A DNA stretch of 64,000 bases from an uncultured Gammaproteobacteria bacterium. GTDB lineage: Bacteria; Patescibacteriota; Microgenomatia; 2-02-FULL-39-11. The translations under genes were made by a program, and so were the position numbers. This document shows positions 18,526 through 29,161 of the stretch, one piece after another (position 1 is the first letter of the stretch; each line of letters starts with the position of its first letter). The notes below the pieces were generated by a model. It did not search any database and was not told the origin of the DNA. It saw only the letters and a program-made list of their open reading frames with translations. The stretch is taken from assembly GCA_964544585.1 (NCBI GenBank), contig CAZJBV010000002.1, positions 3,468-67,467 of the forward strand. The letters are read 5' to 3'.

Positions 18526-20165
18526 AAAAAAGATTTGCCTTTATTATCCTCATCTTTATTTATGCTTTAACAGTTCGCTTTTTCAAAATCGACGACATTC
18601 CCTCAGGCTTTTATAGCGATGAGGCCCTTTTTGGCTACGAAGCTTATTCCATATTAAAAACGGGAAAAGATCAGTTTGGAAATATATTACCAGTTTCATT
18701 TAAGGGATTTGGAGACTTTCGCCCAGGGTTATTTATCTACACTACAATTCCTTTTATTTTTTTGTTTGGCCTGACTGAATTTGCTACCCGCCTTCCTAGC
18801 GTCATATTTAGTACTCTTACAATCCTGATAATTATTGCCCTCTCTAAAGAATTATTTGGAAGATGGAAAATAGCTCTTTTAGGAGGATTTATATTTGCCA
18901 TTTCTCCCTGGAGCATCCAGTTTGCCAGAATGTCACACGAAACAAATCTATCCACGGCGATTGCACTGTCTGGGATTTTATTTTTAGTCAAAAGTATAAA
19001 AAATAAAATTTATCTACCAATTTCTTTCATCCTTTTTTCCTTAGCAGCTTATGCATATTACACCACCAGACTTTTCGTTCCCATTTTTCTTCTGGCATCC
19101 CTAATAATTTACAGAAAAGAATTTTTCTCCAAAAAGAAAATCCTTATTTTGGGAGCCGGTCTTGCCCTAATCCTTCTTATTCCTCTTGGATTAAACCTTT
19201 TGGACAAAGAAAGGGGTTGGTCTCGCGTTTCCGGAGTAAGTCTCTGGGGTGACAAAGGTATTAAAGCCAAGCTTATTAACTTTCGACAGGAGGATGCACT
19301 CACCAATACCCTTTTTTCCAGAGTTTTTCATAATAAGCTAGTCGACAATACACACGCATTGCTAGACAGCTTCCTGATCCATTTTGAACCAAAATTTTTA
19401 TTAACGACCGGCGACCCCAATAAACTATACAATACGCCTGGCAATGGTCTTCTCCTATATATCGAACCTATTCTTATTCTTGTTGCTATTGTTTATGTAG
19501 TAAGTACCAAAAATAGTTATAATAAATTATTCCTCGTTTGGCTCTGTCTAGGATTATTACCAGATGCTCTGACACGATTTGCACCTGCTTCTCCACGTAT
19601 TCACCTTGTGCTACCTCTGGTGAGTATTATGGGAGGCTTAGGATTGGCAATTATAGGAGATTATCTGAAAATATTTAAAAGAAGACATATTTGGCTTACA
19701 GGTATAACAATCTTGATTTTATCTAATTTTGCTTACTTTCTCCATTCAAATATTTTTCATGTCCCTATACGATACGCCAAAGAGTGGCAATACGGCATAA
19801 GAGAATTAGTAACGAAAATGAATAAATACCAAAACACACACGACCGAATCTGGATTTCAACTAGAGCAGGATTATGGATTTATTATGTATTTTATCTTAA
19901 ATATCCTCCACAAAATTTACAAAAAGAAATAGTCCTCACACCAAAAGATGAGTTTGGATTCGGAAGAGTAAATGATTTTGGAAAATATCACTTCGAGATA
20001 ATTCCAGGAGCATTCGATTACACAAAAAACATTCTCTACATAGGTGAACCAGATGAATTTAATTCAAAAATAGTGCCCGACGAAATAGTATATTATCCAA
20101 ACAGGGAACCAGCTTATTATATCGTCTCTACAACTAGTATAAAGAAAACACTAGAGATTAAATGA
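18522..20165 (+). CDS. GT39/PMT-family GT-C glycosyltransferase, paralog 4
   Basis: GFYSDEALFGYEAYSILKTGKDQFGNILPV motif, 547 aa. Confidence 0.75.
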   Translation: MKKRFAFIILIFIYALTVRFFKIDDIPSGFYSDEALFGYEAYSILKTGKDQFGNILPVSFKGFGDFRPGLFIYTTIPFIFLFGLTEFATRLPSVIFSTLTILIIIALSKELFGRWKIALLGGFIFAISPWSIQFARMSHETNLSTAIALSGILFLVKSIKNKIYLPISFILFSLAAYAYYTTRLFVPIFLLASLIIYRKEFFSKKKILILGAGLALILLIPLGLNLLDKERGWSRVSGVSLWGDKGIKAKLINFRQEDALTNTLFSRVFHNKLVDNTHALLDSFLIHFEPKFLLTTGDPNKLYNTPGNGLLLYIEPILILVAIVYVVSTKNSYNKLFLVWLCLGLLPDALTRFAPASPRIHLVLPLVSIMGGLGLAIIGDYLKIFKRRHIWLTGITILILSNFAYFLHSNIFHVPIRYAKEWQYGIRELVTKMNKYQNTHDRIWISTRAGLWIYYVFYLKYPPQNLQKEIVLTPKDEFGFGRVNDFGKYHFEIIPGAFDYTKNILYIGEPDEFNSKIVPDEIVYYPNREPAYYIVSTTSIKKTLEIK

Positions 20166-21778
20166 ATAAAAAAATATTTCTTATCCTCATACTTATCCTA
20201 GCGTTTTTTCTCCGGACATTTAGTATTTCAAATTTCCCCAAAACACTTTACGGCGACGAACAGGCTTTTGCCTGGAATGCCTATAGCATCCTCAAAACAG
20301 GCCAAGATGAATATGGCTCTCCCTATCCCTTGCAGTTTCGCTCCTTTGACGACTACAAAGCTCCAATTCCCGTCTATCTTCTCGTCCCATTTGTTCATAT
20401 GTTCGGCTTAAATGCCTATGCAATCCGCTTACCTATATCACTCGCCGGAACCCTTACAATTTTAGTAGCATACTTCCTCTTCAAAATATTCTTTAATAAA
20501 AAAATTGCCCTTCTTGGGACTTTCTTTTTTGCCATATCTCCCTGGCACGTCCATCTTTCCAGAGGTTTTTTTGAATCCACTCTGAGCCTACTTTTCTTTA
20601 CGGCAGGTATTTGGCTTTTCCTAAAAAAACCCATGAGTTTAGGATTTATAATTTTAGGAAGTATTTTATTTATCGCCACTCTCTACAGTTATTTCACTCC
20701 CAGAATCTACCTCCCAATTTTTTTCTTGGGCTTATCAGCCTACTTATTGTATTTCCACAAAACAGAAAGAATTAAAATTGCCAAGAATTTAATTTTTGGA
20801 ATAATTATAATTTTTATTTTATCTCTGCCTCTAATCAAGGCTTCACTCTTTGATAAAGGACTATCAAGAATTGGAAAGCTCGTCGCTACCAACGAGTCTC
20901 AAATTATAGAAACCATAAATCGAGAGCGCAATGCCTCAAATCTTCCCCTCTGGGCAAGGGTAACACTCCACAATAAAGCTACAGGTTGGGTACGTTTTAT
21001 TAGTACAAATTATTTAGAACTTCTCTCTACCAACTATCTTTTTATTACAGGCGACACATCCCTCAGATATTTCCTCGGCAATATGGGCATGCTGTATCTT
21101 GCCGAATTACCCCTATTTCTAATAGGAGTATATTTTATGTTCAGACAAAAAGCCTCCGCTGCCATCTTTTTCTTTATCTGGCTTATAATCATGCCCATTC
21201 CCGCAGCCATTGCCGGCAAACCATTTGGAATAAGAAGTTTAAGTATACTTCCTGCTCCCTTTATCTTTGTGGCTTTAGGGATATATGCCCTGAAAAGAAA
21301 AACCCTTTTTAATATTTTATTATCTATAGTTTTTATAGTCAGTCTTGGAAATTATCTTGTCCGATATTATTTTGAATACCCTGTATATGCCGCCACTTGG
21401 TGGGGATGGGAGAATAAAGCCGCCCTGGATTACGCCAAAGCTAGGCAGTCCAATTATGATAAAATTTTTCTCTCTGATTTCTATACTGGTATGCCCCTTG
21501 CCTTTGCAGTCTACGAAAAAATGGACCCAAATATATATAGGCAGGCGCTCCAAAATAAAATAATTCTCGCCGACGACAGAGGATTCATCAAATTTGGTAA
21601 ATATTACATCGGCTCTCTGGATCTGGATAAAAAACGCCTTTCCCAAAACCTTATCCCAGAAAAAAGTCTTTATATCGGCCGTCCCGAAGAAGCAGAAGCG
21701 GGCATCACTATCAATGCACCAGATGAAGCCGGCAGAATCATATTCAGGATTTATGAAACTTTAAAAAAAAGTGAATGA
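20162..21778 (+). CDS. GT39/PMT-family GT-C glycosyltransferase, paralog 5
   Basis: LYGDEQAFAWNAYSILKTGQDEYGSPYPL motif, 538 aa. Confidence 0.75.
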   Translation: MNKKIFLILILILAFFLRTFSISNFPKTLYGDEQAFAWNAYSILKTGQDEYGSPYPLQFRSFDDYKAPIPVYLLVPFVHMFGLNAYAIRLPISLAGTLTILVAYFLFKIFFNKKIALLGTFFFAISPWHVHLSRGFFESTLSLLFFTAGIWLFLKKPMSLGFIILGSILFIATLYSYFTPRIYLPIFFLGLSAYLLYFHKTERIKIAKNLIFGIIIIFILSLPLIKASLFDKGLSRIGKLVATNESQIIETINRERNASNLPLWARVTLHNKATGWVRFISTNYLELLSTNYLFITGDTSLRYFLGNMGMLYLAELPLFLIGVYFMFRQKASAAIFFFIWLIIMPIPAAIAGKPFGIRSLSILPAPFIFVALGIYALKRKTLFNILLSIVFIVSLGNYLVRYYFEYPVYAATWWGWENKAALDYAKARQSNYDKIFLSDFYTGMPLAFAVYEKMDPNIYRQALQNKIILADDRGFIKFGKYYIGSLDLDKKRLSQNLIPEKSLYIGRPEEAEAGITINAPDEAGRIIFRIYETLKKSE

Positions 21779-23421
21779 TTAAAATAAATAACATTTTAAT
21801 ACTATTACTGTTGGTTTTAGCAAGTCTTTTACGACTTTTTTTTCTGACAGAATATCCTTCAGGTTTCCACATAGATGAGGTAACTCTTGGTTACAACTCG
21901 TATCTTTTATTGCATACGCTCAAAGATGAAACCGGTAAGGTACTGCCTCTTTATTCTCAATCCTTCGGTCTTGATAGAGCTTTAGGAAATTTTCTTCTTG
22001 TGGCAGGGAGCGAAAAATTATTTGGCCTAACCGAACTAGCTATTCGCCTTCCTTTTGCCATATTTGGAATAGGCTCTGTCTTTCTTATGTATCTTCTCTC
22101 CCTAAAATTTCTCAGAAAAAGGCTCTATGCCTTAATTGTAGTTTTTGTGATAACCATCTCTCCTTGGCACATAAGTATAGTCCGGGCAAGTTCTGAAGCA
22201 AGTGTTTCTCTCTTTCTGATCCTATTGAGTCACTATCTCTTTTTCAACTTTCTCGAGGAAAAAAGGATAAAATTTCTTCTAACTTCTTTATTTAGTCTTA
22301 TCCTCTCTATCTTTTTCTACCATGCGGCATTTGGATACGTCCTTATTCTTCTTCCGGCTATCGGAATATTTATCCTATTTACATTGCCTCAAGAAAAAAT
22401 GAAATTGTTTTCACTCCTGGGTGTTATTGGGATAACAGTATTACTTCTAATCTATTTTTTCCTAAGTCGCGGAGGAGCAACAAGGTTAGATCAAGTAGGA
22501 TTTCACAAAGATACAAAAGTTATAATGGAGCAACAGAAAATGTTTTTCGAAGAAGGATCAAATTCCGTTTCTCAAGCAAGATTCTATCATAATAAAGTCG
22601 TCACATATATAAGAGCCATGTTGAATAACTATTCTGAATATTTTTCTCTTTCCTATCTATTTACACAGGGAGGACTACCGCCGCGCTATACAGCACCAGC
22701 CATGGGTTTACTCTATCTATTTGAAATACCCCTCCTTCTCTATGGCCTCTATAAATTATTTTCTAAAGACGTTCACTATGGAAGCTTTCTTGCGCTTTTA
22801 TTGATAACTAGTCCCTTTGTCGCCGCAACTACTTACGAATATTCCCCCAACGTTCAAAGATCTTTCTTCATGCTTCCTTACCTTATTCTTATAGTCGGCA
22901 TAGGTTTATATTACTCAATTAAAAAAGCCCAAAATAATAAAATATTTATTATCCTCATCGTTTTTTTCGTTTTTCTAAATACCCATTACTTCATGCATCA
23001 ATACTTTAAACATTTTCCAGTTCATAATCCACTCTACAGAAACGACGGCGCAAAAGAACTTGTCTCCTATGTTACTCAAAAAGTATCAAAGTATAATAGA
23101 ATTTTTATAACTAACTCTCCTGAATCTCCCTACTACTATTTCTTCTTTTATAATAAGTTGGATCCACAAAAATTTCATAATCTCTATAGTCAAATAAGAA
23201 ATAGTCCCGTCGGCTGGCTGTATGAAAAAAAGATTTTCTTCACCACATTTGAATGTCCATCCTTTTCAAAGGAACTACCTCAATTAAAAAATGCTCTTTA
23301 CATAGACAGCGGGGAATGCAAATACACTACAGATATAGAAACAGATTTTCATATAGAAAAAGAAATTTTAAGGAAGGATAATTCAGTAGCTTATCGATTG
23401 CTTATAAGAAAAGAAGAATGA
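21775..23421 (+). CDS. GT39/PMT-family GT-C glycosyltransferase, paralog 6 (most divergent)
   Basis: GFHIDEVTLGYNSYLLLHTLKDETGKVLPL motif, 548 aa. Confidence 0.7.
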   Translation: MIKINNILILLLLVLASLLRLFFLTEYPSGFHIDEVTLGYNSYLLLHTLKDETGKVLPLYSQSFGLDRALGNFLLVAGSEKLFGLTELAIRLPFAIFGIGSVFLMYLLSLKFLRKRLYALIVVFVITISPWHISIVRASSEASVSLFLILLSHYLFFNFLEEKRIKFLLTSLFSLILSIFFYHAAFGYVLILLPAIGIFILFTLPQEKMKLFSLLGVIGITVLLLIYFFLSRGGATRLDQVGFHKDTKVIMEQQKMFFEEGSNSVSQARFYHNKVVTYIRAMLNNYSEYFSLSYLFTQGGLPPRYTAPAMGLLYLFEIPLLLYGLYKLFSKDVHYGSFLALLLITSPFVAATTYEYSPNVQRSFFMLPYLILIVGIGLYYSIKKAQNNKIFIILIVFFVFLNTHYFMHQYFKHFPVHNPLYRNDGAKELVSYVTQKVSKYNRIFITNSPESPYYYFFFYNKLDPQKFHNLYSQIRNSPVGWLYEKKIFFTTFECPSFSKELPQLKNALYIDSGECKYTTDIETDFHIEKEILRKDNSVAYRLLIRKEE

Positions 23422-25034
23422 AGAAAGTCATATTTTTTTTATTGATTGTTGTTTTATCTCTCGCTTTGCGATTGTATAATCTATCCACCAATCCTCCATC
23501 TCTCTACTGGGACGAAGCTTCCCTGGGTTACAACGCCTACTCCATTCTTACTTCCGGCAAAGACGAACACGGAGAATTCTTCCCCCTGGCCCGCTTTATT
23601 GCTTTCGGCGATTTCAAACCACCCGGATATATTTATGCCGCGGCTTCTTCAATTGCCCTCTTTGGTTTAAATGAATTTGCCATCCGCTTTCCCTCATTTC
23701 TTTCCGGAACTCTATTGGTTCTTGGCGCATATCTTCTCACATCAAAGCTCCTGGGAAACACAAAAATTGCCCTCATTGCCGCATTTATAATGTCGATCTC
23801 ACCCTGGGGAATCCATTTTTCCCGCGCCGCCTTCGAAGCAAATATGGCTGCTACTCTAAACCTCTTTGCCATTTATTTTTTTATTTGCCAAAAAAAAAGA
23901 AGTTGGTATCTGGTTCTTTCTTTAATTTTCTTTATTCTTGCATTTTATACATTCAACGCCAACAGAATAATTTCTCCACTTCTAATAATAATTCTCTCTT
24001 TCTTATTTTGGCGTGATACTTTCAAAAATTGGCGCTGGGCAATTGCCGGAATTATTATTTCGGTATTTTTGCTATTACCTAGTGCCAAATATCTTTTAGA
24101 TAGAGAGAGTAGAATTCGTTTTCAGGAAGTCTCTATCTTCAACAACCTTGAAACTGTCAAAACGTCAAATGAAAGAATAGAAAGAGAAGGAGGGAACGTT
24201 ATCGCCAGGGTTCTTTACAACAGAAGAGTTTTATTTAGCCTTGATTTTTTAAAACATCTCACAGACAATTTTAACCTTCGCTTTCTTTTTACCCAGGCAG
24301 ACGCAAATCCCAGACTTTCTATAGAGGGGTTGGGTCTTCTTTATTTTTATGAATTACCATTTCTTATTATCGGAATAATATATCTATTAAAAACCAATCG
24401 TAAAGCCGCACTTTTAATTTTCACATGGATGATAATAGCGGCAGTTCCAGCTGGAACTGCTAGAGAAACACCACATGCGCTGCGCACCATTTCCATTCTT
24501 CCCACCTATCAAATCCTTATAGCTTCTGGCGTTTTGGCTCTATATTATTGGGTTAAAAATCTATCTGGCAAAAAAATACTGCCCATTAGTATAACTACCC
24601 TGACTATAGTAATCGCCTTTCATCTATATTATTTTCTTCACATGTATCTTATCCATTATCCCGTAAACTGGCCCGCTCAGTGGCAATATGGATATAAAGA
24701 GATGGTTCGATTTGTCCTCCAAAATAGGCAAAACTACGATAAAATTTATGTAACAGAAGCGCTTGGCCGTCCCTATATTTATTTTGCTTTATTTACGCCA
24801 TATAGCCAAGACGATTTCCAATTCAGACGCGATGCCTCTCGCGACTGGTTTGGTTTTTGGACAGTTCATTCACTAGATAATATCTATTTTAGTATCCCCC
24901 AAAGTCAGGAGTTAAAAGGCAAAGTCCTTTTAGTTGAGGGCAGAGACGCAATACTTCCACCAGACTTTATAATTATAAAAGAAATAAAAGAGCCAAACGG
25001 GAACGTAGTCTTTAAGATCGCCCAAAAAATATGA
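23418..25034 (+). CDS. GT39/PMT-family GT-C glycosyltransferase, paralog 7
   Basis: SLYWDEASLGYNAYSILTSGKDEHGEFFPL motif, 538 aa. Confidence 0.75.
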   Translation: MKKVIFFLLIVVLSLALRLYNLSTNPPSLYWDEASLGYNAYSILTSGKDEHGEFFPLARFIAFGDFKPPGYIYAAASSIALFGLNEFAIRFPSFLSGTLLVLGAYLLTSKLLGNTKIALIAAFIMSISPWGIHFSRAAFEANMAATLNLFAIYFFICQKKRSWYLVLSLIFFILAFYTFNANRIISPLLIIILSFLFWRDTFKNWRWAIAGIIISVFLLLPSAKYLLDRESRIRFQEVSIFNNLETVKTSNERIEREGGNVIARVLYNRRVLFSLDFLKHLTDNFNLRFLFTQADANPRLSIEGLGLLYFYELPFLIIGIIYLLKTNRKAALLIFTWMIIAAVPAGTARETPHALRTISILPTYQILIASGVLALYYWVKNLSGKKILPISITTLTIVIAFHLYYFLHMYLIHYPVNWPAQWQYGYKEMVRFVLQNRQNYDKIYVTEALGRPYIYFALFTPYSQDDFQFRRDASRDWFGFWTVHSLDNIYFSIPQSQELKGKVLLVEGRDAILPPDFIIIKEIKEPNGNVVFKIAQKI

Positions 25035-26635
25035 AAAAAATAATTATCCTTTCTATTTTTCTTCTTGCTTTTATCCTTCGTTTTTTCCATCTCGGACAAA
25101 ACCCTCCTTCCCTTGATTGGGACGAAGCTTCTCTCGGTTACAACGCATTTAGCCTCCTCAAAACTGGCAGAGATGAATATGGAGAGTTTCTCCCGCTTTC
25201 AATTCGTTCCTTTGGAGACTACAAACCTCCGCTTTATACCTATTTATCAATACCATTTGTAGCAATTTTCGGCCTCAACGAATTTTCAGTCCGATTTATT
25301 TCTGCATTATTCGGTACATTAACTACACTTGTTGTTTACCTTCTTGTCAAAAAAATATTTCCCGGAAAATCCTATATCTTTTATCTCTTATCTTTTATCT
25401 TTTTCGCCCTCTCGCCTTGGCATATCCAATTCTCCCGCATCGCCTTCGAAGCCAATCTCGCCCTCTTTTGGTTTATATTTGGAATTTATCTTCTCTTCAA
25501 AGGATTAGAAAAGGGACCATTTTTATTCATTGCATCATTTTCATTTGCTCTTTCCATGTATTCCTATCACAGTCCCAGGCTTCTTGTGCCTTTTCTTTTA
25601 GTTGGTTTTTCTCTCATCTTTAGAAAGTCGATAAAACAAAATTTAGCCTGGGCGGCAGTAGGCGCCATAACGATTATTTTATTAATCCTGCCAATTATTT
25701 ATCAGTTGACCTCAACCTCCGCAAGGCTAGGATCAGTCACTCTCTTTAATCCTTATGAAAGACTGGGGTCATCAATAAGAGATTTAGAGTACGATATGAA
25801 AAGAAATGATAACTTTGGCAAAATTCTCCATAACCGTCGCCTAATTTATGCCAAAGAGGCTTTCGCAGGATATTTAGATCACTTCAATTTTGACTTTTTG
25901 TTTTTGATAGGTGATCCACCCGGTAGACACCACGCGGCCGGCATGGGCATGCTCTATTTATGGGATTTCCCCTTTATTATTTTAGGTCTTGTCTATTTTC
26001 TCAAACATAGGGATAAGAGCGTTTCTTTCTTATTTTTATGGTTTCTCATTTCCCCCTTGGCATCTGCTATCACCACTGGTACTCCCCATGCAGTCCGAGC
26101 CATCTTTTATCTCCCTACATACCAGATTTTTTCCGCAGCTGGTGTAATTTTCTTTCTTACGTGGATCAAAAATCTTAACAAAAATATTAGATATTTTATA
26201 TTTATCTTTTATCTTTTATCTTTTATCTTTAATTTCTATTATTATCTCCGCATGTATTATATTCATACTCCAGTAGAGTACTCCTCGTGGTGGCAATACG
26301 GCTATAAACAAGTAGTTGAAGAAGTTTCAAAAAGGCAAAATCAATACGACAAAATCATCGTTACCTATAAATATGATCAACCCTATATATTCTTTCTTTT
26401 TTATCAAAAGTTCGATCCATCGGTATATCAAAAAAAATGGAGCGAAAGCAAAATAGAGCGAAGCGTTCGCTCATATGGAAAATATGAATTTCGCAACATT
26501 GAATGGTCAAAAGATAGCCAAAGCCCCAATACTCTCATCGTCGGAACCCCAGACGAAATACCAGAAGATATTAGTACCCTAAAAGAAATTAAATTTCTCG
26601 ACGGCACTCCCGCATTTAAGATAGTTGGGACCTAA
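25031..26635 (+). CDS. GT39/PMT-family GT-C glycosyltransferase, paralog 8; contains two (TTTTATC)n tracts
   Basis: SLDWDEASLGYNAFSLLKTGRDEYGEFLPL motif, 534 aa. Confidence 0.75.
   Translation: MKKIIILSIFLLAFILRFFHLGQNPPSLDWDEASLGYNAFSLLKTGRDEYGEFLPLSIRSFGDYKPPLYTYLSIPFVAIFGLNEFSVRFISALFGTLTTLVVYLLVKKIFPGKSYIFYLLSFIFFALSPWHIQFSRIAFEANLALFWFIFGIYLLFKGLEKGPFLFIASFSFALSMYSYHSPRLLVPFLLVGFSLIFRKSIKQNLAWAAVGAITIILLILPIIYQLTSTSARLGSVTLFNPYERLGSSIRDLEYDMKRNDNFGKILHNRRLIYAKEAFAGYLDHFNFDFLFLIGDPPGRHHAAGMGMLYLWDFPFIILGLVYFLKHRDKSVSFLFLWFLISPLASAITTGTPHAVRAIFYLPTYQIFSAAGVIFFLTWIKNLNKNIRYFIFIFYLLSFIFNFYYYLRMYYIHTPVEYSSWWQYGYKQVVEEVSKRQNQYDKIIVTYKYDQPYIFFLFYQKFDPSVYQKKWSESKIERSVRSYGKYEFRNIEWSKDSQSPNTLIVGTPDEIPEDISTLKEIKFLDGTPAFKIVGT
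25374..25410 (+). repeat. (TTTTATC)n-like heptanucleotide tract (imperfect) inside the CDS, encoding ..IFYLLSFIFF..
   Basis: tatcttttatctcttatcttttatcttttt read directly. Confidence 0.7.
26209..26232 (+). repeat. (TTTTATC)n heptanucleotide tract inside the CDS, encoding ..FIFYLLSFIFNF..
   Basis: tttatcttttatcttttatcttttatcttt read directly. Confidence 0.8.
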
Positions 26636-26668
26636 AATTCATTCATGATACAATTATCTAGCCTAAAC

Positions 26669-26755
26669 CACCTCGGACCTGCCTGCCGCCCTGCCTGCCG
26701 GCAGGCAGGGCAGGCAGGTTGGTGGCCCCGCTTAGCAGTGACTCCTCCGAGGTGG
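26669..26755. repeat. GC-rich nested palindromic element (type 2, long), intergenic, ending 13 nt before the start of the next gene
   Basis: CACCTCGGA-CCTGCCTGCCgccCTGCCTGCCGGCAGGCAGGgCAGGCAGG-...-CTCCTCCGAGGTGG. Outer inverted repeat CACCTCGGAG/CTCCGAGGTG, inner duplicated-arm palindrome. Confidence 0.9.
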
Positions 26756-26768
26756 GTGAATCAAAACT

Positions 26769-27695
26769 ATGAAAATCATGGTGACCGGCGGAGCCGGTTT
26801 TATTGGATCAAATATTGTAGATGACTTTATTAAATTAGGCCACCAGGTAGTTGTGGTTGATGACCTAAGCTCTGGGAAAAAAGAGTTCATCAATCCCAAA
26901 GCTAAATTTTACCAAATAGATATTCGCAAAAGGGAAGACTTAAAAGCAATTTTTACCAAGGAAAAGCCAGAAATCCTCAATCACCAAGCAGCCCAAATAA
27001 GCGTCAGAAAATCAGTCGAAGATCCCCATTTTGACGCAGAAATAAACATCTTGGGACTCATAAATCTCTTGGAGGAGGTAAAAGAAAATGGTATCAAAAA
27101 AGTAATTTTTGCTTCATCAGGCGGAGCCATTTATGGAGATGCCAAAACCATTCCTACCCCAGAAGATTACGAACCAAAAATCCCTTTATCCCCCTATGGA
27201 GTCACAAAACTTACCTCCGAATTTTATCTCCAATACTATTTCTCCAATTTTAAAATTCCTTATATTTCTCTTCGGTATGCCAATGTTTATGGACCCAGGC
27301 AAAATCCAGATGGAGAAGCCGGTGTCGTTGCCATTTTTAGTAAAAAACTACTCAAAAATATTCCCCCCACCATAAATGGGGACGGAAAGCAAACCCGAGA
27401 TTATATATTTGTTGGTGACGTCGTCGACGCAAACATAAAGGCCCTTACTTCCAATTTTGTAGGCCTAGTCAATATTGCCACCGGAAAAGAAACAGACGTC
27501 ATAACTATTTTCAATAAATTAGTAAATATGGTCGGAGTAAAAATTAATCCAATTTTTGGCCCTGCCAAACAAGGCGAGCAAAAAAAAAGTTGCCTTAAAA
27601 TTGATCGAGCAAAAAAAGTATTATCCTGGACTCCAGAGGTAAATTTGGAACAAGGTCTCAGAAAAACTATTGACTATTTTAGGACCAGAAATTGA
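26769..27695 (+). CDS. NAD-dependent epimerase/dehydratase, extended SDR (UDP-glucose 4-epimerase GalE-like)
   Basis: MKIMVTGGAGFIGSN Rossmann motif, YANVYGPRQ, and the catalytic S...YxxxK context. 308 aa. Confidence 0.75.
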   Translation: MKIMVTGGAGFIGSNIVDDFIKLGHQVVVVDDLSSGKKEFINPKAKFYQIDIRKREDLKAIFTKEKPEILNHQAAQISVRKSVEDPHFDAEINILGLINLLEEVKENGIKKVIFASSGGAIYGDAKTIPTPEDYEPKIPLSPYGVTKLTSEFYLQYYFSNFKIPYISLRYANVYGPRQNPDGEAGVVAIFSKKLLKNIPPTINGDGKQTRDYIFVGDVVDANIKALTSNFVGLVNIATGKETDVITIFNKLVNMVGVKINPIFGPAKQGEQKKSCLKIDRAKKVLSWTPEVNLEQGLRKTIDYFRTRN

Positions 27696-29161
27696 AAAAA
27701 AATAAGCAAAAAAAAGTAATTATTTTAGGCGGAGGTCTTGCCGGCCTCGCCGCGGGTTTTGAACTAACCAAAAATAAATTCGATGTCACAGTTATTGAAA
27801 AGTGGTCTGAAGTAGGCGGCCTTGCACGCACCATAAAAGTAGGCGATTTTAAATTTGATACAGGCCCTCATCGTTGGTACACCAAAAGTGACATGGTCAA
27901 TAAATGGATGCTAGCTCTTCTTGGGGATGAAGTCATCAAAGTACCCAGACTTACGCGAATTTATTTTGACAAAACATTCTTTTTCTATCCCATCAAACTC
28001 AAAAATGCTCTCCTTGGCATTGGAGTAATCAACGCCTTTATGTCTGTAGTGGATTATTTTTCCGCAAGACTTAAAGCCCGACTATTCCCACCCCCCCTAA
28101 AGACGATGGAAGACGGCTATATAAACCAGTTTGGCCGCAAACTTTATGAAATCTTTTTTAAAAGATATAGTGAAAAACTCTGGGGGGTAGACTGTAGTGA
28201 GATAAGCGTCGATTGGGTAGGACAAAGAACCAGGGGTTTAAGCATATTAACCATCATCAAAGACGCCTTTATCAAATCTCGCCATGTAGTCTCCCTAGTC
28301 GACGAATTTTCATATCCCAAAAAAGGAGTAGGCAGAATTGCCGAAAAGCTAAAAGAAGGAATAGAAAAACACAAAGGTCAAGTCATTCTTTCAGCCGAGG
28401 TAACCAAAATCATCACCAAAGACGATAAAATTATGGGAGTCGAGTATAAAAAAAACGGCAAAATTTACAAACAAGAAGGAGACGAATTTATCTCCAGCAT
28501 TCCCATAACAGATTTTGTGAAGCGCTTAGATCAGAAACCAGATACCCAAACACAAAAAAGTACCAACAAGTTAAAATATAGAGACGAAGTCCAAGTAGTT
28601 CTTTTTATAGGAAAAACCCATATTACTCCCGATACATGGGTCTATGTCCATCCCAAAGATATTTCCTTTATGCGCTTTATGGAAATGGATAACTGGAGTA
28701 ACGTTTTGTCCCCCGAAGGTAAAACTTCAATTGTCTTCGAAATTGCCTGTAATGAGGGCGATAAAATCTGGAATAAAAAGGACAAAGAGCTAATCAAAAT
28801 GGTATCCCAGGAATTTATCAAGGAATTTGGCCTTGTCTCTCCTAAAGACATAATCGGCGGATACGTTCATCGGGTACCAAAAGAGTACCCCGTCTATCAT
28901 ATAGGATATAAAGAGGATGTCGCCGCATTAAAAAATTATCTCCATAGATTCAAAAATCTGCAACTAGTAGGTAGAAATGGCACATTTCGCTACAACAACA
29001 TGGATCATTCCATAGAAATGGGTTTATATGCCGCCTTGAATATAAGAGCTGGGAATAAAAAGTATGATATAGACTCTGTCAATATAGAAAGAGAATATCT
29101 TGAGGAAAAGAAGATAGAAACAATAGAAGATGAAAGAGTAGAAAAACCTATTACATCATGA
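27692..29161 (+). CDS. FAD/NAD(P)-binding oxidoreductase (amine-oxidase/protoporphyrinogen-oxidase-like fold)
   Basis: VIILGGGLAGLAAGFEL...V.V.EK....GG dinucleotide-binding motif. 489 aa. Confidence 0.55.
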   Translation: MKKNKQKKVIILGGGLAGLAAGFELTKNKFDVTVIEKWSEVGGLARTIKVGDFKFDTGPHRWYTKSDMVNKWMLALLGDEVIKVPRLTRIYFDKTFFFYPIKLKNALLGIGVINAFMSVVDYFSARLKARLFPPPLKTMEDGYINQFGRKLYEIFFKRYSEKLWGVDCSEISVDWVGQRTRGLSILTIIKDAFIKSRHVVSLVDEFSYPKKGVGRIAEKLKEGIEKHKGQVILSAEVTKIITKDDKIMGVEYKKNGKIYKQEGDEFISSIPITDFVKRLDQKPDTQTQKSTNKLKYRDEVQVVLFIGKTHITPDTWVYVHPKDISFMRFMEMDNWSNVLSPEGKTSIVFEIACNEGDKIWNKKDKELIKMVSQEFIKEFGLVSPKDIIGGYVHRVPKEYPVYHIGYKEDVAALKNYLHRFKNLQLVGRNGTFRYNNMDHSIEMGLYAALNIRAGNKKYDIDSVNIEREYLEEKKIETIEDERVEKPITS

